Shown piece by piece: positions 12,560 to 25,644 of a stretch of DNA of 64,000 bases (position 1 is the stretch's first letter; every line of letters starts with the position of its first letter). The translations under genes were made by a program, and so were the position numbers. Location: the NCBI RefSeq assembly GCF_006345805.1, contig NW_021832863.1, positions 1 through 64,000 of the forward strand, written 5' to 3'. This DNA is from Octopus sinensis (Eukaryota). The notes under the pieces were generated by a model that saw only the letters and a program-made list of their open reading frames with translations, was not told the DNA's origin and made no database searches.

Positions 12560-15490
12560 ATTGTACCTGTACACACACGATGATTAATTGTTTTACCACA
12601 GCATCTTTATCCGAGTCCATTCTTCCTGTTCACTCAGTATTTCGATATTGTTTTCTGGTATTATATTGCTTGATATTGAAGATGCAACCAAAACTTAGTT
12701 ATCTGATATTTTTCTTCTGATTTTTGTTGTGAAAAATAAACAAACTTGTAGAATTAAGAAAGTTCCCTCGATATTCTATATCGTTAACCAATCATTTAAA
12801 CATCTCCCCACTGTTTTCTAGGCTGATTAAAACTGGAATAATACCAATTTTACGGCAGTTCCAAATGTTCTGATATTCGTATTTTAGGTTCAGTCAGTCT
12901 TCTATCTTCTCGCATATTTTTGCTATCACTCTAGAATGAAACGAATGAGTACACGTTTTCTTCGTTATTGTGTATAACACTATCTTGACATGAATGTTCC
13001 ATTTGCCTGTTTTTGAGTTTTCACTTCTCCATGGTCACTCAAAGGATATGCATGTCCTATTTGATGGACAAACCATTTTTTCACATGCTCATGCTCAAAT
13101 ATTTCACAAAAATCTATTAATGTAAAATTGCAGTAACTTTGTCTTGTCTCCAATTCTCATAAATCCTTTGAGAAAGATTCTTACACTCAGAGACTTCAGG
13201 AGCAGCTGTCGCTTCTCATTCACAACATATTCTTGATGTAACCAAGATGTCTTGTTTATCATTATTATTCCTGTGGTGGTTTGTGATTGCTTGTTTCAAG
13301 ACTCGTTTCTTTATCCATTGAAATGGATTCTCATCTCGATACACGTTAGTATTCTAAAACAAAACAAGAGAAACATACCAGTGAGTGTTTTTATTCTTAT
13401 TGCTTCTAGTTTCGAGGACTTCCTTTTTTTTCTTCATCCCTTCTGCTAGCATCTCCTCCCTTCGTACTGCTATCAAAAGCATCTTATCACTATCAGTAGG
13501 ACACTTTCTTAAACTCTCGATCTTCAATCTCACTCAGTCTCCTACACTTAACATATCATATTCTTCATTCTTTCCTGTTGAAATATATTCTCTTCCATCT
13601 TTTCTGTTGAAATAAAATCTATTCTTTTTAATAGTCTGTATAATTAGAAAAAATATATCTCATGTTTGCAAGTCGAGATAGTAATGGAGCCATCGGTCTT
13701 GGCAGAATGCCTTTACATTCCATTGTAATTGATAAAATCTAAGAGAGAGGCATTATATTTCCCTAAAATACAAGCCAAGTTAAAAGGACACGTGATGATG
13801 GCTCGTCTCTATTCTATTTCCTCTCCCCACTCTCTCTTCTCTGTTCTTTATATCCTGCATTAATTATTAAAATTCTTGGGGATATGTATTATATTTTCCC
13901 TGAGATACAGCACATGATGAATAAGTCACAATCAGTCGTTTCTTTCCATTTCTTCTCTCTTAATTCTTTTTGTTTTTATTTCAATATTCTATATTAAGTC
14001 TACATTACTTTGGAAAATACCCCGTAGAAACAAACATCTACACGTCACTTTCGCTATATGACCTTCTTCTTCTTCTTCTTCTTCTTACTCAGTGACCAGT
14101 CTTTTCCCTCCCTTACCCCTTAATTTGCCTATTTCAATTTCGAGGCATTAATATTTCGAAAGAATTTTTCACAATATTCTGCTTAAAGCAATGAAAATAT
14201 CCACAGAGCTCTTCCTTCCCGTTATAAATCAAAATATCTAAGAATTTTGCATCAGTTAATTGGTCAAATTAGACAGGAATAATTTAAAGAATCTTATCTC
14301 TCCGATCAACCCATTGTCTTGAGTTTTGAAATGGAACTATCTGTAAACTGTAAATTGGATATAGTTCTCTACTTGGTCTTATCTGTGAATATATTCTTTT
14401 TCTGTGAAGACTGGGCAACCAGAAATCGCGTGGATCGATGATTCTGTGTATTTTTGCCTAAGTGTGGTGTTCATTAGCGCAAGCCTCTTAAATCTTTATC
14501 TTATCTTGATAGGTTTTCTGATTAAGCGTTAGTCCAGTTTAATAAAAATCAAAACTTAATCTACCTGTACTGTAGATTTTTTGAGCCATTGATAGCTTAA
14601 TATTGTTTCCTTTCCTCTCACAAATGTCTTACTATTTGGCTCATGCTGCCATTAGTTTTTCAAGAACACTTCTTATAATCACTTGATATTTCAACTGCAA
14701 TAATACGGATTTATGGTATCCTTGTTACTCCTTCATCTTTCAGCAAAACTCATTGTTTTCTTCATAGAATGTTCTCTTTCTTTCTAAACAATTACTTGAA
14801 CAAATACATTTTCTTTGCATTCTTTTTATATCTTCGTCTTTACTCTTTTTAATCACTTTTTGTTTCTGCTTTTCTCCCGTGTATATTCCTGCTGCACGCT
14901 AAGCATTCTTATTTTCCGACATAGTTCTCCAGTCCTACAATTTCCAATTTTACTCTGCCTCATCTATTGAATACTTTTGCTTCTCCCTCTTTTATCAGTA
15001 AATAGAATCTACTAATATTGCTCCTAGATATAACCCATTATATTATAACAACTTTTCGTGTACCTCCTTTCATCAACTTTGTTTTCGTCTTTTTAAAGAA
15101 CTGCGCATGTAGCATCACAATACTGCCAAGTTATTCATACGTATAATGATGTTCTGTTCGTTTAATTCTGTTTCTAAGATCTTCCTGATGTTTCTTTTGT
15201 ATTCCTCTTAAACATTGTCTTTCATTTCTTTCTGTTTCAACATCACTCATACATTTATATGGTCAACCCTCTTTCAGCAATAATATTGTATTTTTTTTCC
15301 AAACGAATGATTCCTTTCGATACCACCCCATTTTACTACATTTTATTACATGTTTTACACATTGGCCAATTCCCAAAATCCATTTCAGTATCTTTACTGC
15401 ATCCAAATGTCTCACTTATTTACCTTGTGTGTCATTCTTTCCTATCCGTCATTTTCTTTCATATTCGTTTCGTGCCGCCTGGTGGCGTTC
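12560..15490 (-). mobile_element. Highly decayed LINE-like segment (possible ORF1 plus start of an APE endonuclease)
   Basis: About 3 kb free of SINEs with strong strand purine skew; minus-strand IWNCRK near 12850-12866 resembles the APE 'WNCRG' motif; no open frame. Confidence 0.35.
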
Positions 15491-16418
15491 ACACAAACTA
15501 AATGATTAATCTTTTCTTATATCTTAATTCACATCTTAAAAAGCTTAAGGTCATGGGTAAGCAAAACAATGAATGAATTTATCAGTGCAAATAAGTACAG
15601 CTGAATTTTGTTTGAATCACGTCCCAATATCTAAATAAAAAACAATTTGCATTGTATTATCCAACAAAGAAAAACACAGTCTTTTGAAATGTGATCATCA
15701 TCTACATTCTTGACGGTAAAGAATTTTGGAGATGATAGTAAAATAGTCGTTAGTATTCCATTTCGAACAGCAGACATCACATAAACACGTAAACACACAC
15801 AGAAGAACATAATTTGAACAGAATATATATTATTGAAATTTCAGGAGTAAAACGAAGGAAAAGAAATAAGTATAATATAAAACTATATAAATAAAGAGCT
15901 GATTATGAATGTATGTATGAATACATGGCGAAAAATCTATAATTATAAAAGGTTATATTCTTTGTTCTGAATAATAAATAAGAATTTGGATTTGAGCCAT
16001 GAAACTTGTAATTGAATTATGTATTATTTTCTAGCCATTTCTATTCCACTTGAATTTTCTTCGGTAATTTTCCAAGATTCCTCTGTAAACAAGTACTAAG
16101 TCTTTATCTTCTTCCCAAGTCTCCAACAGCAGTTTTTAGAATTATTTTAGCCAGAAAATTTAGGCTCGTGGTATGTTATCTTCTCAGTTGTTCTGCAGAA
16201 ATTTTGCAGAATTAATTTTGGCGGCACGGCGTACGTAAATGATATTTTATCAAAATACACGGGAAAGTCGATAGCAGCTGTTTCATTTATAGAATCGCAT
16301 GTCACTATGAGCAGAAAAAAAGGACTAGCTGCCCCACTGCCACAGTTTCAGTTTCTATAGAAATATCAGCAGTATATAACTATTTGCCTTTGTATATTAT
16401 CGGTATCCTATATATATA

Positions 16419-16454
<36 letters not shown>

Positions 16455-16456
<2 letters not shown>

Positions 16457-16602
16457 CTCTCCTTGTTTCTTTCTGTGTCCCTTTCTGTGGAAGAGCGTAG
16501 GCTCGAAATGAAAAGACTTTTTTCAATTCCTGAGTGTTATACTAATACATCTGTTTGTTTTCTACACCACCTGTCTTCGTCTTTTGGTTTATTCGTGAAT
16601 TC

Positions 16603-16608
<6 letters not shown>
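16455..16608 (+). mobile_element. Short PLE-pLTR-like repeat in (TA)n with a degenerate hammerhead motif
   Basis: Near-identical to 40740-40895; CTGTGGAA-GAGC-GTAG-GCTC-GAAA. Confidence 0.7.
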
Positions 16609-16655
<47 letters not shown>

Positions 16656-16790
16656 ATATACATTTTCATGAAGCTAAAAAAGGAACTGATTCAAACGACT
16701 TGGCTATGAACATGTAAAAATAGTTTGTCTTTGTTGTATTTATTAGAGAGAAAGAGGAAACATATAAAAGATGTGATTATTAAGGGAAAG

Positions 16791-16850
<60 letters not shown>

Positions 16851-17512
16851 TGTGTAAGGTGTGCGTAACATGAACTAACTTCAAAATCTCCAGTTGCAGT
16901 TAAGATTACCGATGGTGAGTTTCGAAAATGAAACTTATTTAGAATGGAAATGGCGAATGTTCCGTGAACTTTTGTTTGCATTTCGGCGCGAACACCAGAG
17001 CGGTTCTACTGAACTCGATCGACACCGTGTCTCAGTTATCGTTAGGCGTTGCTTATTTGTTTAGGCATTTTAGCGACTGCTGTTATAAAATTACCAAATA
17101 TTCTAATATTGGATTTACATCGATTCTAAAACTAAGCAAAGATGCTGTGGGATCTATTTCTAGGAGTGATCTGCTACTATTGTTTTGGTTCTGGTTATTA
17201 AAAGTGCAATATGGCTTGAATCGTGAGTGAACATGTATATAAATTCATATCCATATGTTTAATAAACTCACATTTACTTAGATAAAATTTCTTTTAGTTC
17301 AAGATACTGCCTAATTTGTAATACACTCTTTGTTCCCTCATAGTTTTCGAAAATTAATAACAGAAACCAAATAAAACCCCCCAAATTTTTTCCAAAATAT
17401 TGAAACCTAATTACACATCTTTTTACTTGCCAACGTGAGACAAAACCACACAGAGACATACATACTCATGCAATCACTCTTGCACTCACTCAGACAGACG
17501 CATATACATATA

Positions 17513-17890
17513 CTATTTCTTTATTGCCCACAAGGGGCTAAACATAGAGAGGACAAACAAGGACGGACAAAGGGATTAAGTCAATTACATCGACCTCAGT
17601 GCATAACTGGTACTTAATTCATCGACCCCGAAAGGATGAAAGGCAAAGTCGATCTCGGCGGAATTTGAAATCAGAACGTAACGCAGGCGAAATACCTATT
17701 TCTTTACTACCCACAAGGGGTTAAACACAGAAGGGACAAACAAGGACAGACAAACGGATTAAGTCGATTATATCGACCCCAGTGCGTAACTGGTACTTAT
17801 TTAATCGACCCAGAAAGGATGAAAGGCAAAGTCGAAATACCGCTAAGCATTTCGCCCGGCGTGCTAACGATACTGCCAGTTCGCCGCCTT
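17513..17890 (-). mobile_element. SINE family B dimer
   Basis: Two tandem units; the head-bearing unit has an internal deletion. Confidence 0.9.
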
Positions 17891-18531
17891 ACAGACGCAT
17901 AATCATATACATTAGCACACATACGTGAACACTCACTATTGCAAACATACAACTCTACATACACACATGGACACATATACACGTAACAGTAATACATAAT
18001 AAAACAGAAGCAATTCTTGAAAAAAGATATTTGAATATGAAAAACTCATATAATAGTGTTATACAAGTTTAATAAAAATGTTCTGAGATAAAAAATGTTT
18101 TAAATCGACAATAAAAATCGAAAAAAAAAATTAAGGAAAGAGTGTGTATTTTATATAAGAGGAGGTACATTGGGGGTACAAAAACATTTAATCAATCAAT
18201 TTCGATACACAAATTGTAGACAAACAAGAAACATATAAATTTAGTATTTCTGTGAAAATAAACCCCGTGTTATATAATAGGAATCGATAGAGAATCTAAC
18301 CAACTAGTTGGCTCATTTCACTTGGAGTAATGGAAGGGATGTTATCATCGCTGGTAACTCTGTTGATTTGCAGCGTTCGGAAGCGTTCTCACGCTTGGTA
18401 TATTTGGGTTTACGATGATGAATATGGTGGAGTGGAAAGGGTTAATTTTTGAGGCGAGTTATCTAATATGTGCAGCGTGGGGTTGGACGCCAAGTGGGCA
18501 GCAAATGCAAAGCTTTCCCTGTGGACATACC

Positions 18532-18945
18532 TATTTCTTTACTACCCACAAGGGGCTAAACACAGAGAGGGGACAAACAAGGACAGACAAACGGATTAAG
18601 TCGATTATATCGACCCCAGTGCGTAACTGGTCCTTAATTTATCGACCCCGAAAGGATGAAAGGCAAAGTCGACCTCGGCGGAATTTGAACTCAGAACGTA
18701 GCGGCAGACGAAATACCTATTTCTTTACTACCCACAAAGGGCTAAACACAGAGAGGGGACAAACAAGGACAGACAAACGGATTAAGTCGATTATATCGAC
18801 CCCAGTGCGTAACTGGTACTTTATTTATCGACCCCGAAAGGATGAAAGGCAAAGTCGACCTCGGCGGAATTTGAACTCAAAACGTAGCGGCAGACGAAAT
18901 ACCGCTAAGCATTTCGCCCGGAGCGCTAACGTTTCTGCCAGCTCG
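18532..18945 (-). mobile_element. SINE family B dimer
   Basis: 13-bp TSD CTGTGGACATACC at 18519-18531 and 18946-18958. Confidence 0.92.
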
Positions 18946-19427
18946 CTGTGGACATACCGCCAACTGAACCACTATGAATAAGAAATATTGGAAAGAAGGA
19001 TTTCACAAACGTGATAGAGATCCTTTTGTTAAAGGACTAAAAGGATCGACTGCAAATGGGAGGTGGGAGAATTTGTGGGCTATCTTATGGATGGAAGCAT
19101 CATTCGATACTGGGACAATGGTCTTGCAGGAACTGATGTTCATTCACTTTCCAGGAATGGGTGATTTACTCCAGACACTATAGGTTGTGTTCTTCGCCTG
19201 AAATACTTCAGCGTAGTCATCAACGAAAGTCAAGAAGAGCACAAATATTCATTGACTTTGAAGAGAAAGGCCAGCATTTGGAAAGGTGCTTATGTTACGT
19301 CATATACGTGGAGAGACTAAGAAAGATAACAAAACAAAAACCCAACAAAAACCCAGCATTGGTATAAGTTTTAAGGTTATTAGCTGAGCGTGAGTCGTAA
19401 CAGTGTGTCTTTGGTATAAAGTGTTAT

Positions 19428-20084
19428 AAGGCGGCGAGCTGGCAGAAACGTTAGCTTGCCGGGCGAAATGCGTAGCCGTATTTCGTCTGCCGTTACGTTC
19501 TGAGTTCAAATTCCGCCGAGGTCGACTTTGCCTTTTATCCTTTCGGGGTCGATAAATAAAGTACCAGTTATGCACTGGGGTAGATGTTATCGACTTAATC
19601 CGTTTGTCTGACCTTTTTTGTCCCCTCTATGTTTAGCACCTTGTGGGTAATAAGGAAACAGGTATTTCAAAGGAGCGGGCTGGCAGAAACGTTAGCACCC
19701 CGGGCAAAATGCTTAGCGGTATTTCGTCTGCCGCTACGTTCTGAGTTCAAATTCCGCCGAGGTCGACTTTGCCTTTCATCTTTTCGGGGTCGATATAATC
19801 GACTTAATCCTTTTGTCTGTCCTTGTTTGTCCCCTCTATGTTTAGCCCCTTGTGGGTAATAAAAAAACAGGTATTTCAAAGGCGGCGGGCTGGCAGAAAC
19901 GTTAGCACACCGGGCAAAATGCTTAGCGGTATTTCGTCTACCGCTACGTTCTGAGTTCAAATTCCGCCGAGGTCGACTTTGCCTTTCATCCTTTCGGGGT
20001 CGATATAATCGACTTAATCCTTTTGTCTGTCCTTGTTTGTCCTCTCCTCACTGTATTTAGCCCCTTGTGGGTAGTAAAGAAATA
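19428..20084 (+). mobile_element. SINE family B trimer (all units keep the head)
   Basis: 15-bp TSD GGTATAAAGTGTTAT at 19413-19427 and 20085-20099. Confidence 0.92.
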
Positions 20085-20979
20085 GGTATAAAGTGTTATT
20101 GTGTCTTTGTACCGTTGGAAGGGGCCAAAGTGTTAACTGTCTATTGTTTCCGATAAATATTGAATGTGTTTTGTTAGCTTGTAATCTTGGAATTAAATCT
20201 TTCTGTAGGCATGTGATGAATATGATAAAGCCTCATTTTACCGTTGCAGAACCGTTCTGCAAAGGCGATGCTTTCTGTGGCAGTCGAAATACAATAAAAC
20301 ACATCGAAATCTCTTTTTTAGCATTCATAGATGTTGTTTTGCAAAGCATGAACGATCTTAAGAGAACGCGAAGGAAAGAAAAAATCTATTACTAAACCTA
20401 ATAAATAAATATATGAGAAGAAATGTGTGAGTCAGAGAAATAAATCATAACCTGTTCGTTCAGTGAGAGATGGAGAGAGAAAAATATTGGGAAATGAAAT
20501 TAATTTACCTCCCACCAGTGAGAACAACTCGCATATAAATATACTTCTATTAAAGAAAGGTATCAGAGAAAATTGCTTTCTATACGGATAATTCATTTCA
20601 TCTCATGCTGACCACTTTATTTTTGTGGTTCTATGATAGAGAATTAAGTCAAAAACAGGACCAAAATATTATTCAGCAGCATCTCTCGAACATTTATAAT
20701 ACCTTAACTAATAATAGGTATATTTCTATTTCTTGGGTTTTTCTCTGTAGCCAGTGGCCGCAGACGGTTTCAAGGAATATGATAGATAATAAAATTGAAA
20801 GCTAATTAGCCCCCAATGACATCCATGGAGTCTCATTTCTCTCCTTCTTTAATATTGGCAGGAGAAAACAGAAAGGAAAAAGGTGAATATTTAATTAATT
20901 TTTTATTTTTTGCGAATATCATTTCATCAAATCAATTCTTAGAATAATTCCAACTCTTTAACAGTACTGTGAAAAGTTC

Positions 20980-21446
20980 ATCTTTTTCTTTCTTTTGTTC
21001 TTTCTTCCTCTCCTCCGTCCATCCTTTCTTTCTTCCTTCTTTCCCTTCTTCAATCTCCGTTCCTTTCTCTTTCCTTCCTTTCCTCCACTCCTTCCTCTTT
21101 TTACTTCGTTCGATCGTTCGTTCGTTCTTTCCTTCTTTTATCTCCCTTTCCTTCTTTCAAGCTTTCCTTTCTTTCTTTCCTCCCTTTCTTTTCTTCCGTA
21201 TTTCCTTCCTTCATTCACTTCTCCTTCCTTCATTCCTTTCTTTCTTTCTTTTTTCTTTTTTCGTCCTTTCTTTTTGTCTTTCTTTGTTTCTTTCTTTTTT
21301 CTCTTTTTCTTCCTTTCTTCCTTTCTTTCTTTCTTTCTTTCTTCCTTCCTTTCTGTCTTTCTTTCTTTTTCTTTCTTTCTTCCTTCCTTTCTTCCTTCCA
21401 TCCTTCCTTCCTTCCTTCCTTCCTTCCTTCTTTCCTGCCTTCCTTT
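20980..21446. repeat. Polypyrimidine (CTTT/CCTT)n low-complexity tract
   Basis: Directly visible. Confidence 0.9.
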
Positions 21447-22121
21447 GATATATTCTCGTATCTGCTATGTTTCTGTTATCGCTGTTTTTGTACTAAAGAT
21501 TGTTTGCCAACATAACATGGCAGTCCTGGTTTAGGACGATTGTTGGTGTAATTTAGCTCCAGGAAACATCGTCTCCAGCTGGTTATACGACACGATCTGT
21601 ATCCTTATATTTTCGAACAAGGGAATCTAGCACCCCCACTTTAATTATGCAGTGAAGAAAATGGCAATGCTAGTGAAGGAACAACAGTTTTTAATTGTAG
21701 GAAGTACATGATATTCCTTCGGAATGAGGCTAAGCCATGTTTGGAAGTGTCTTCTACTGTCGCCAGAATTAATTGATTATAGGCATAAATAACCACTATT
21801 CTCTTTTCTTCTCTCTCTAATTATTTCTCATTAGATATTCAATTAAATATGGTAAAAGTAACTTTGCTATTATTTTTCTTTCGGTTAGAAACTCTGGGCA
21901 ATTTCTCTCTGTAAAATATTCTCTAAAATTTCGTTGTCGAGGGATAATGCGACAAATCTGGAGATACGAGTGAATGTCGTCGAAGAGAAATCTGCCATCC
22001 TGAATGATTGATCGATCGAACGGTTAATATTAAGCGGTCAATTAATTAACTGGTTAATTGATTAATTAGTAGAGTGTTAAGAATGTTTTCTTTCTTATTT
22101 TCCTTATTATTTTCTTTATTG

Positions 22122-22146
22122 AATAATAATAATAATAGTAATAATG

Positions 22147-22215
<69 letters not shown>

Positions 22216-22242
22216 GTAGTAGTAATAATAATAATAATAATA

Positions 22243-22282
<40 letters not shown>
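22122..22282. repeat. (AAT)n microsatellite
   Basis: Directly visible. Confidence 0.95.
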
Positions 22283-22283
<1 letters not shown>

Positions 22284-23285
22284 CAGTGAAAATGAAAATT
22301 AACAGAAAAATCCGCAAGCTACTGACTTGTAATAAGATACACCATCCAAAGGCAGACGTGGATCGTCTTTACCTTCCCAGAGCTCAGGGAGGACGAGGCT
22401 TGATCCAAATTGAACTTACGTACAAAACCACCACAATCGGACTTGCCAAATACCTTGAAACAACCAACGATTGGATGCTAGAACTTGTTGAAAAACACGA
22501 AAGACCGGAAAAACTTCAATCTATTCTGAAAGAGAGCAAACAATTCGCTACTGATCTCTTAGATACCAACCAGATTGATCAGGTTGAAGGAAATGCGCCA
22601 AATGCTGCTGCAAAGAAAATAAAATTAATTGCAAAGACAAAAGCACATGAAAAATTAGCTAGCAGATGGAACAGAAATCTCTGCATGGCAAGTATGTGGC
22701 CCGTAGCAAACAGGCTGATGTCGACCAGAAACAAACGCACCAATGGTTACGAAGCTCAGGCATAAAAGCAGAGAGTAAAGGTTTCATATTAGCTGCTCAA
22801 GACCAAAGCTTATTAACCCGGAACTACCAAGCCAATGGGATAAAAAATGGAGCTGATCCAAAATGCCGATTCTGTAACGATGGGATTGAAACTATAGACA
22901 ACCTAATCTCCGGGTGTAGAGCCTTAGCAATTCGAGGGTGAAAGGTAATTAAACAGAACAGATTGAGAAATACCAGCTACTACGGGACGATATACGAAAG
23001 TTATGGGGCATGAGGAAAGTAATGGTGATACCGGTGGTAATTGGAACATTAGGAGCAATTTCCAAGGGCTTTGAAAAACATGTTAAGAATATTGGAGCTG
23101 CTGTCAGGCTCGAGGTGACCCAAAAGACAGCATTGTTGGGTACAGCTTGCATTCTAAGGAGAATGTTGTCTCTTTGAGTTACAAGAGAAGACACTACTTG
23201 ACATATTTGATAATTTGTTATTGCCTGCTTTCGAGTAACTGGTAATTAAGATCTATCCGAGAAGTTTTCATAAAAAAAAAGAAAT
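22284..23285 (+). mobile_element. 5'-truncated R4/Dong-like LINE with internal deletion
   Basis: HPKADVDRLYLPRAQGGRGL; LHGKY..WL..LAAQDQSLLTRNY..CRFC (zinc knuckle); then IEKYQLL..LWG..VIPVVIGTLG..QKTALLGTACILRR (RLE C-terminus), 3' UTR and A-tail; adjoins (AAT)n. Confidence 0.92.
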
Positions 23286-23294
23286 CATAATCCT

Positions 23295-23480
23295 CTCTAA
23301 GATAGGTAGAAGGTCTGAAACTTTGAAGGAGACGATTACTGTACCATGTCGACGCCATCACTTAACTGGTTCATAATTTATCGACCGCCGAAAGGATGAA
23401 AGGCAAAGTCGACCATGGCTGAATTTGAAATCAGAACGTAAAAGTGGACAAAATGCTATGAAGCATTTTGACCGTCGCCT
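23295..23480 (-). mobile_element. Diverged SINE family B, alternative tail
   Basis: GAAAGGATGAAAGGCAAAGTCGAC core. Confidence 0.75.
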
Positions 23481-23814
23481 TCATATTCATAAAGTGTTCG
23501 CTGCATTCATAAAGGGTAACAACCCTGAAACATGTCTGCAGATGTCTGACTAGCAAGGTGAAGCGGCTGACCTCCCCTGTTCGAAGGTTGTAATGGACGC
23601 AGGTTCGTGTGTCATATAGCTAGCTAGAGGCGATGGTCTCTTGGAGTTAATCAGCGACAGCTTTAGTCTTATATTTATAGACTGCCATATTAGTATGGCG
23701 ATAACTATTAATATCCAGTAACGCTGTCATAATCTCCTTTAGAGAGACTTAGTAATTTTAATATTTCTAGAATTAGAACCAGTTCGAGTTTTATCTTTAT
23801 TGGTATACAATAAA

Positions 23815-24062
23815 AATAAAAAATGCGCCCTTTTAAAGCCTAGCCGGGCCCGGTTTCCCGGTTTCTATGGCGTATGTGTTCCTCAGCTGGACGGGACGCC
23901 AGTCCATCGCAGTGTTACTAATTTTTGCCAGCTGAGTGAACTGGAGCAACGTGAAATGAAGTGTTTTGCTCAAGAACACAACGCGTCGCCCGGTCCAGGA
24001 ATCGAAACCACAATCTTACGATCATGATGCTGACACCCTAACCACTGAGCCACGCGCCTCCA
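23815..24062 (-). mobile_element. SINE, head H2 + tail T2
   Basis: GGCGCGTGGCTCAGTGGTTAG head, CORE/Meta-like TTGTGTTCTTGAGCAA; TSD TATTGGTATACAATAA. Confidence 0.9.
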
Positions 24063-24545
24063 TATTGGTATACAATAACAGACTGTAAAATACTTTAGAA
24101 ATAATTAACGTAAACTTAATTTCAATCTCTTTCTCAAGATCGTTTTGCGCAGCCTACAGCAGAATATCAAATCCTGTGATTCGAACTACTTTACTCATAC
24201 GTATGTCAAGTCACCGATTATAAAGATTTTATAGGAAAAAAAAACAAACAAACAAAACAACAGCATAATATAGTGGAAGTTGTTGATCGTGTTCACTTTT
24301 GGAAGACTTTGCGAAAATAGCATCCGAATGATTACCTCATGATGAGGATGTCGTAGTATCTGAACCTTTGATTCTAAAAAGAGAATTACACAGATTTCCA
24401 TTTTTAAAAAGTGTTTGAAATCCGTTAATTTTTAAATCAATAAACGTTTGATAACTCTATCTGTAATTATGAAAATCGACTTCCTCTCTCACCATTCTTG
24501 CCTTTTCCATATCTATGCAATCGTACATATGTATACATACATATC

Positions 24546-24580
<35 letters not shown>

Positions 24581-24622
24581 CTATACATAAATCAAAATAA
24601 GCAACAAGGATATCCAGAGGTA

Positions 24623-24707
24623 ATGCAGTACGATCGTTTCATGCGACTCCATTTAATTGAAAAATGCAATCATTAATTGAAAAATGTAGAGCAATCTTCA
24701 GCTGCAC
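24623..24707 (-). ncRNA. Type I hammerhead ribozyme motif
   Basis: Minus strand GTGCAG-CTGAAGA-(stem II TTGC..CATTT/AAATG..GCAT)-GAAA-CGATCG-TA-CTGCAT: intact core, 6-bp stem I, palindromic stem III, GUA triplet. Confidence 0.75.
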
Positions 24708-24833
24708 AAAGACATAGAATTTAATTAAATTAGGACACATTACTATAATTTTACCCCAAATCTCCAAGAGAATAAGGAGATAGACAACAACATCACAGTT
24801 GTAACTGAATTTTATTCAAGAAGACACTGCCTG

Positions 24834-24874
<41 letters not shown>

Positions 24875-25130
24875 GTATTGGTCCAGGCTATCAAAGATAC
24901 AGTAATCCAGAGATTGTTTTTGTCAGACACGTTCCTGACAATCTTCAAATATTCGCAGAGTTTTTACATTTATATATATAAAAAAAAGAATTGAGTGAGC
25001 AAGTTCTTTTATTACATTAATTTACAATTGTTTCATCGGTTTTGATCACATGAATATAGCTATATCATGCAATAATACAGGCAATCATTGATTTACGAAG
25101 TGTCTTTGATACAAATCGATAGAACCTTTA

Positions 25131-25252
25131 TGCATTACTCTGAAGGGTCGAATATTCAATGCGTGTCAATAACGCGTCATGAAGTAATAGCTGCATACAT
25201 TATTGCATATTTATAAGATCGAACTCCGACGAAACAGTTATAAATTAATGCA
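25131..25252 (+). ncRNA. Degenerate hammerhead-like motif
   Basis: TGCATTACT-CTGAAGG-GTCG...CGAC-GAAA-CAGTTATA..TAATGCA; A9 replaced by G. Confidence 0.45.
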
Positions 25253-25289
25253 AAAAAAAAGGTCTTACTCATTCTAGTTTTATTGCTTA

Positions 25290-25301
25290 TACACACACAC
25301 A

Positions 25302-25373
<72 letters not shown>

Positions 25374-25436
25374 GCATATATATATATATGGATATATACA
25401 TATATTCGTATATACATCCTCTCTCTCTCTCTCTCT

Positions 25437-25487
<51 letters not shown>

Positions 25488-25520
25488 AATGTATATTCAC
25501 GCACACACATATATACATAT
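25290..25520. repeat. (CA)n/(TA)n/(CT)n microsatellites
   Basis: Directly visible. Confidence 0.9.
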
Positions 25521-25644
25521 ATGAATGCATAATCGTTTCCCTAACTAGCGCTCATTTTCTTTAGTTTTGTATTTACAGTTGTTTTGTATCAACCTTTTCA
25601 TAAATTTTAATAATATTCTTCGGATTTTTGACTCTAACATTCCT

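Noticed and set aside
18415-18981. 188-aa ORF with an internal repeat
   Set aside because: Antisense read-through of a SINE B dimer; the same peptide recurs at every copy
18315-19350. FTWSNGR motif suggesting a LINE endonuclease around the SINE dimer
   Set aside because: A single short motif with no supporting neighbours
20969-21534. Phe/Leu/Ser-rich membrane-protein-like ORFs
   Set aside because: Polypyrimidine low-complexity DNA
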